Made by a program: the position numbers and the translations under genes. A model generated the notes under the pieces. The model was not told where the DNA came from. It did no database searches and saw only the letters and a program-made list of their open reading frames with translations. A stretch of 63,799 bases of DNA, filler included, from Platydemus manokwari (taxonomy: Eukaryota), in NCBI GenBank assembly GCA_037951405.1. It is 6 parts of 6 records of this genome, joined end to end, with 100 filler letters (N's around TTAATTAATTAA, not from the genome) between each part and the next. Parts side by side here need not be neighbours in the genome. Positions count along the whole stretch, not along the records: positions 54,460 to 63,799 come from JBBMOY011262096.1; 5 more parts are not named here. One strand, given 5' to 3'. Of the stretch, positions 56,810-63,799 are shown in pieces (positions within the stretch are counted from its first letter, which is position 1; every line of letters begins with the position of its first letter).

Positions 56810-56962
56810 TCTATCTTCTTTATATATTCTCTATTTAGTCTCAACATCTTTCTCCTTCTTTTCCGGAATTTTAAGTCATTGATCTACGCATAATAGAATC
56901 CAGATGAGTGGTTGCCATGTAATCCTTCATTATTCTAAAAAACACACATACATAGTCACGAT
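56810..56962. repeat. Inverted repeat, right arm (partner ~54533-54690)
   Basis: atcttctttatatattctcta...caacatctt.ctccttcttttc...tccagatga...ccatgtaa...agtcacga. Confidence 0.8.
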
Positions 56963-57410
56963 ACGGCCTTGAAATAAAGATATTAGCCTTCAATTTCAAT
57001 ACACCGACCTCGTAAACTATAGTCTCATAATATATCCTAATACGTATAGCTTAGTTGACTTTTTAGCAATTAAAAGATCTCCGACTTCAATAAATAAACA
57101 GAATGAATGAATGATATTTTCTTTTTATTTACTTACTATTTTTGACTTTATTTGTTCTTTTGTTTCCAAATATAACAGAGACAAAAAAATCGATTCCCAT
57201 TTATTCATGAATATTTATTATTGAAATTGAATATGTTTAATAATCCTATCTTTCACCATCTATGATCCTCCCATTGTACAAGTCAGTTTCAACATTGAAT
57301 TATTGACAGATCAGAAATGGATTGTATGGCTTTTGTTTTTACTGGAGATAATAAATGATTGACTAAAAACAAACTATAAAACAAAAACAAATGCAATAAC
57401 TGAAAATTAA

Positions 57411-57740
57411 TGTTTTAATTTAATGAATATTTAATTCGTAATTAATCTATAATTATTGTTTTAATTAATCAATATTTAATTCATAATTAATCCATAGTTA
57501 TTGTTTTAATTAATCAATATTTAATTAATGTTTTAATCAGTAATATTTAATTCATAATTAATCTATAATTATTGTTTTAATTAATCAATATTTAATTCAT
57601 ACTTAATATATATTTATTGTTTTAATCAATCAATATTTAATTCATACTTAATCTTTATTTATTGTTTTAATTAATCAATATTTAATCCATACTTAATATA
57701 TATTTATTGTTTTAATTAATCAATATTTAATAAATCAATA
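57411..57740. repeat. AT-rich minisatellite, ~45-nt unit, ~7 copies
   Basis: Unit tgttttaattaatcaatatttaattcata(a/c)ttaat.tat..ttat recurring at ~45-nt spacing. Confidence 0.9.
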
Positions 57741-58070
57741 TATCCAAGTTTTTTGAGCCATTTACGTTTATCGGAAACTCGACTATTGATACATATTCAC
57801 TCAGATTAAAACAAAATACGGGAAAAATGGAAAAATTGAACAGCTCTTGATTAATATTCGATCATGTTTTTATGAATGTTTATTTTTATAAATCATAAAT
57901 TATATGAGCACGATATTTGTCAATAGTTGTCGATTTGTAAATTTAATATTGAAATCTCTTGCTGATATTTGAGTCGAATCGAAAATTTGAAAGTGGAAAA
58001 TTTGTAATTTCTTATCTATAAGAATTAGATTCAGTTCATATTCGCATGAATTGAAAGTGAATTGTTACAG

Positions 58071-58207
58071 TTACAGAAGTGAATCAAATCTCAGACTTCG
58101 ACTTCGCAGGGATCACAGTGGAGAAATCCTTAAGTGTAATGTGGCAAACGATAAGAACTTTTTATACAGAACTCCACAATCCGGGAATGTCATGATAAAC
58201 GTCTTAT
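58071..58207 (+). CDS. Possible coding exon, perhaps an upstream exon of the RGS gene
   Basis: Tandem ttacag/ttacag acceptors, consensus gtaagt donor at 58208, open frame SESNLRLRLRRDHSGEILKCNVANDKNFLYRTPQSGNVMINVL; no homology recognised. Confidence 0.35.
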
Positions 58208-58597
58208 GTAAGTAATCCAATATTTTAATTACAAGAATTTTGTATTAGATTTATTTTCTTTAATCAACAATTTTAAAAGACATTTTAATTTATCATCGAG
58301 AGTTGAAGGCTTTCATTGCTTACAATATTATTGTTCAAATTATAAGTATTATTGTTATTATTATTAATATAATAGTATTGTTGATATCATTATTATAACG
58401 AGAATCATAAAATCCATTGAAAATAAAAGTATTTATACCAGGATTTATAAATCATTTGGTTTTTTCATGTTTTGTGCCAAATCAATTCGATGATGTAGTG
58501 ATGACTAGTAATAATTATTGGAGATACTATTAATATTATCGTGTTCATTATTATTATAACAATTATAAATATTATTGCTATTATCATTATTGTTATA

Positions 58598-58657
<60 letters not shown>
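58598..58657. repeat. (ATT)20 microsatellite
   Basis: Perfect trinucleotide run; it produces the spurious poly-Ile ORF. Confidence 0.95.
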
Positions 58658-60759
58658 TGTTTTTACCTACTGTCATGTCTATGTGCTGAAATAAATTTTT
58701 GCCTTAAAATCTTTCTCGACACAATAATACATTTGACCTAAATTAGTCGTTAAAAAATCTTTTGCAACATTCAATGAAGCCGGTAAAGTCTGAATATCTG
58801 ATATCGGGAAAAGTAAATGTTTCTGTATCTTTGTTAGATTTCCGAAAATCTCGGCACATTCTTGCTGATCCATTTTTCTTTGGAACTGCTACGATTGACG
58901 AAAATCAAGATACGATAGGCTCGATATTTTAAAATATTTGCTATCAGGTCTTGGTTCACTGGTTACTGTCCGGTAATTTGCGAAATTGCTCCCATTTTAG
59001 TTTGGATCTCGTATTTAATTAAATTTGTTAATTCTAAATTAAATCGAGTAGCTATAAAAATCTCACCGTCGAACCGACAACAATCTCTTCATTGTTAGTT
59101 CAATTATATCTTCATCGCTGTGTTTCCTGTTTACATTCAATGCGTCGATAGTTCTTATTTCTGCTAAAGACGTCCCACGTGTTTTCATCGCTGTGATTCC
59201 AGCAATAAATACAGGTGAACACTATTTTAACCACGAATCTTAAAATCTATTTTTATTCGAAATTGTGGGAAGCATTATCTTTTACATTAAGTTTTCGAGC
59301 TTAACAGAAAAACCGCCAGTTAATTTTTCTTCAGACTTTTTTTACTCATTACAGTTTTCAATGAATCCGAATGCAATAACATTTATAGCTTTGATTCATT
59401 GCATTCTATTTGCATTCTATCTCTCGCCTATAAATATCCTATTAACTCGACCCTATTCACAATATAGATGTCAAGAGATTGATGCCAGTTTTTTCCTTAT
59501 CTTCAGATAGTAAATGATCTAAATATTATATTTCTTTCTCGTTTTGAATATTTTTTTCTCATCAAGTATACAAAGAGCTCCATGTATCTGTATCTTTGTA
59601 TTTCTTGATGAAAAATTGTTCTTGCTCCTCTGTTCCTAATGTCAGGCATTTATCTCAAAAAGGAAGACAAAACTTCCGAAACCTCATCTCAACATAGCAA
59701 AGACAAGTTCCGATTTTCTAAAATGCATCTCGTGGCATCGTTTTTCTTTTAAAATAATTAAAAAGCTTAGTGGCTATCATCTTTATGCATCGTGTGGTCT
59801 GTCACTAGATGCTGATACCACATTGAATTTCTATATATCTCAAGGCATCGATTCAGATTTCCTTTGGATAAGATATCTTGACTGCTTTTTCACATTTCCT
59901 GCACGAATACTCTTCATTTTTCTAACATTACCTAATGTTGTTAGCAGGTCTAACTGGAGTAACTATTTCCAAAATACCAGTATTTTCTTGAGCTTGCTGC
60001 TTTGTAGTTCATTTAAAACATATAATCATGTGACTTCCTTTATCGATATCCTCTTTACATACACTTAAATGACCAGCTAGCTTTCCCGAAGCTCATACCG
60101 TTTTACTTTCACGCCAACTCTTCGCTAACCACTGACAATTCCTTAATTTTAACATAAATCGATTTGATATTTGAAATAAGCTTCATTAAAAAAACACAAA
60201 TTGCATCATTAGTGACAGCTTCTTACTTGCTACTCAACCCTATCATTTCTTTGTCTATACTTTCAGGTACTGTTAGATTTTGGTTTGAAATAAATGAGAA
60301 ATATATATTTAAATAATTGGATAACTCTTTATTGATCTATCCCAGAAATTAATATCAAAAAATACTATATCATTGCGACAGTTCTTATCATTACTTGTGA
60401 TTAACTTTCGTATTGAGGTGTGGTTGATAAAAAGGTATTATGCGGCTAGAATTACCATAAACCAATTTTATCAATAGATATGAATATCAGAACTCCCACA
60501 TGTCAGCTCATCAATTCATTATTTGTCGTACAAAATTGAGTAGAGCTTACGTCGTGATAATATTTATTGGCTAAAGAAATACTTCAAATAATAAAATCCT
60601 TTTCAACCAATTGTCGATTGTAATGAAAACGTGTTTGAGACGACCTTCTGCAAAATAATGAAATCACAAAGTGCCATCCAGAATTGAACATAATAATTGT
60701 AAAAAATATAATCAACATTTCGATATTATTTTGTTTTGATTTTATATATTTTCTTTCAG

Positions 60760-60926
60760 TTGGACGCAAAGTTTTCCATGAATTCCTCAAATTGGAATAC
60801 AGTGAAGAAAATATCATGTTTTACAAAGCCGTAGAAGAACTCCAAGTGGAAACAAATATCAATCTTATCGAAGAAAAGGCCAGAGCTATTTATGAGGATT
60901 ACATATCGATTTTATCTCCCAAGGAA
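60760..60926 (+). CDS. Internal exon of an RGS-domain protein, RZ subfamily (RGS17/19/20-like)
   Basis: ctttcag| ... |gtacga; GRKVFHEFLKLEYSEENIMFYKAVEEL...IEEKARAIYEDYISILSPKE is characteristic of RGS17/19/20. Confidence 0.9.
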
Positions 60927-61099
60927 GTACGATGATAATTAAATTTTTATATATAATTCTACTCTTAAATAAGACCGATTTTCAAAGATGACAACTGCTG
61001 ATTTTGTTTTCGACTCACATTGTTCTTTATTTAGAAAGCCAGTACATCTTCTTATTGATAAATTGGACTCATCGGTATAAGATTCTTTTAATCGTAAGT

Positions 61100-62450
61100 T
61101 TAGAACGAGTTTAAAATCTTCTAATTTATTATAAACTTCTATTTTGATCCAAGATATCGAGTTCAGTCAATCACCAGAGTAGTTTTATTACAAAAAGACT
61201 CTTTGTCATTTGGCATTTTTTACGATAAGTAGATTTATTAAGTATCAAGAAATCCAGTACAGTGATCGGGTTCCAAATTTTCAGTACCTACAAACCTATT
61301 TAAATGCATCTCTGAGTCCGTCAATATAACTCAAACAATTGTTATTATTTTCGTAGTTTTATATGACCTTGATCTTACCAAGCATGAAAACACAAAGCTA
61401 ATTTCCTGGTTTTTATCAACTGTCACGATTCGATTTATTGTTTTGGCGCCAAACATTGATATTTTCGTTTAAAGTTCAAATACAATAGTGTTTATTTTAG
61501 GAAAGGATCCCATTTGACTAAACATCACCAACACGATAACCCATTCAATATTCAATGAAAAATAACCTGCTGGTTCTTTCTAATCTGCAAAACGATTAAA
61601 ATATGCAATCTTGTTGAGATAAATCTAATGTCCGTGGAGAAAAGATTTTAACAAGTGAAAATCAAGTTGCATTCGGCGTCTGTTAATTTTGAAGGTTTTT
61701 TGACAACATTAATTTCATTATTAGCAATGAAATATGTCGATTATCATACATAATTTAATTAAAAATCCGTTAATAGAGCACAATATATTGAGATAAATTT
61801 CTGGCTCTTATTCGTGGCACTGTACGTTATAATAATCTAAGCACAAGTTGTGTTGGATTGTTTATAACAGCTCAACAGAACAAATTCTCTAATATTTTTA
61901 AGAGAAAATTGAACCTACGACAGATAATGGATAATGATCGATAACACTTTTTTTATCCTTAACTTGACGATCAATCTCAACTTTGATTTCACAATAATTT
62001 ATAAACAAAAATATCAGTCTTTATTAATACCACACCGTAATAGTCGGTGAATAGAGAATGATCACCAGTTTTGGTATACCTTTGTGATTGATTCAAGTCA
62101 TTGTTTCGTTGCAAATCACAGCATATTCAGTCATTAAAGTCAAGCATCGTCACAAATCATAAATAGGAATACGATATACCAACTAAATACTTTGAAAAAT
62201 AGAATAAAATAATTAGAAAATCAGTGTACAAAGGATTTCTCTATAATATTTCGAATACAAACAGAAATTATCTTCTTTTTATCAACATTAGTCATTCTAA
62301 CAGTGAGAGATGTAATCACAGTATCGATAAAAGGTAATAGAAAACAGAGATAACCTTCCACTTGGAATAAAATTATGAAGCCATACAACTAAGTGGAATA
62401 TTACAAAATTTTAGCTATTTTAAACACGTTATCCAGACTCAATAGATTAC
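61100..62450 (-). mobile_element. Decayed LTR-retrotransposon-like remnant in an RGS intron
   Basis: Coding-like composition with weak pol-like traces; many stops. Confidence 0.2.
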
Positions 62451-63799
62451 CATAACATTACAGCAATCAAGTTGGTAGTCATAAACAAAGATATAAAAAG
62501 AAAAAGTTATGGTACGGATAGATCCTCAATTTATAATTCATAGATTCATTACGGCACTTCAAATGGATCTCAGATTCACAGATTCATTAAAATCCAGATT
62601 TATTGAATGACTGAAATGGCGGATAGCGCCATAAAAATAGATTAGCAAAATATATGATATATTGGTTAAGAAGTTGGCTATTTTAAAAATATTTAACCCC
62701 TGTTTCTAAAAATGACTTTTCTCTACATTATTTTTATTTTATCCAGACACTTTTGTAGTTCTAATACTCCTAAAAGTCATATGTTTTTATAAATGTAAAT
62801 TATTGTCAACTTTTTTATTTAATGATCCATTAAAACTGGCCGATACATTTATTTTTCGACACAAGTAATGGTTTTTATTGATTGGTATAGAGTTCGTGTA
62901 ATTGTTTAGAAATGAATGAAACTAATCCATAAAGAAGGAACGGTGTTACGTAATCACCACGTTACAGTTAAATACATAATCAAATGGATATCTCATTTCA
63001 CAATCAAACTCTTTAATATAAAATTGAAAAGTGATGCTGAAAACCCAAAACTTGCATCCAATGAGAGACGAGCTCAACATGTTATTTTTAGAAATATTTC
63101 GTTATTAGCGTGAGTGAGATGCAGTAAAAGAAAGTATTGATAGGATATCATAGGAAAATTAATTGTAGATATATTATTTTGAATAGACAATTTAATAGCG
63201 TATCGAATGTATACAAGTGCATCACATATTAAAATAATAATAAGAGGCTCTTGAAATTATTTTCAAATAAATCCATAAACGTGATATAAGTGAAGTTCTG
63301 AGTAATCGAGTTTTAATTTTTCGTCAAAAATATTTTTCAATTAATTTTTTCCGTTTTTCAAGAATAAGATGTGATTTCAAGATTTTAGTTTTAATTTCAG
63401 GATTTGTTCTGTGATGAATTCTTTCTGAGCTACTTGAACAAAAATGACATTAGGTTTTTGTAGTTGAAATGTTTGGAAATCGTTAATTTTCTCTTTCGTA
63501 ATTCTTAAAAAGTGTGGACAGAAAAAATTATCGATCTAGATATTCCAGGAATTTTTATCGAATAGGTGTCTTTAGAAATGATTACTATTGTTGGCTCGGT
63601 AACAGATTCGTTTGTACATGACGGTGTGTAGGTTTTGACTACATTTGCAACGGCCCGCCAAACGTACTATGAAGCACACGAACATTATGACAAAAACCTT
63701 GCTACAGGTCACGGTTGTCTATTGAACATTTAAATGACTTATTAATGATTTCAACTACTCATTTTGAACCACAATTTTTGTAAACCTATCATAGTTTTG

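Noticed and set aside
57411-57740. Regularly spaced repeats resembling a CRISPR array
   Set aside because: The intervening parts are copies of each other, not unique spacers; no cas genes; eukaryotic context. It is a minisatellite
58541-58741. Poly-isoleucine membrane protein ORF
   Set aside because: Translation of an (ATT)n microsatellite

Overview
Very AT-rich eukaryotic (metazoan, invertebrate-like) genomic DNA with short introns (42-57 nt) and many decayed transposons. It is six contigs joined by five identical artificial 100-nt spacers (N44-TTAATTAATTAA-N44), so adjacency across spacers is not reliable. Recognisable host genes, read by hand across splice sites: an ERG/FLI1-family ETS factor (+), the first three exons of CPT1 (+, cut by a spacer), the last four exons of SLC25A42 (-), phosphatidylserine decarboxylase PISD (+), an RGS17/19/20-type exon (+), one isolated LRRC6/DNAAF11-like exon (-) and an intronless 502-aa protein with two tandem RING modules. 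Mobile DNA includes an hAT/Buster element with TIRs and an 8-bp TSD, an internally deleted mariner, and Tc1, pogo and Gypsy debris. The most unusual region is about 50.5-54.36 kb, where the ORF track shows only short uninformative fragments. It looks like a decayed Polinton/Maverick (adintovirus-like) endogenous DNA virus, with an A32/FtsK packaging ATPase pseudogene, a poxvirus-type tryptophan-repeat pseudogene and other viral-like fragments. Inside it sits a ~290-nt structured element with two degenerate hammerhead-ribozyme cores sharing one stem I, and the intact double-RING gene lies directly beside it. All homology calls come from motif recognition, not from database searches.
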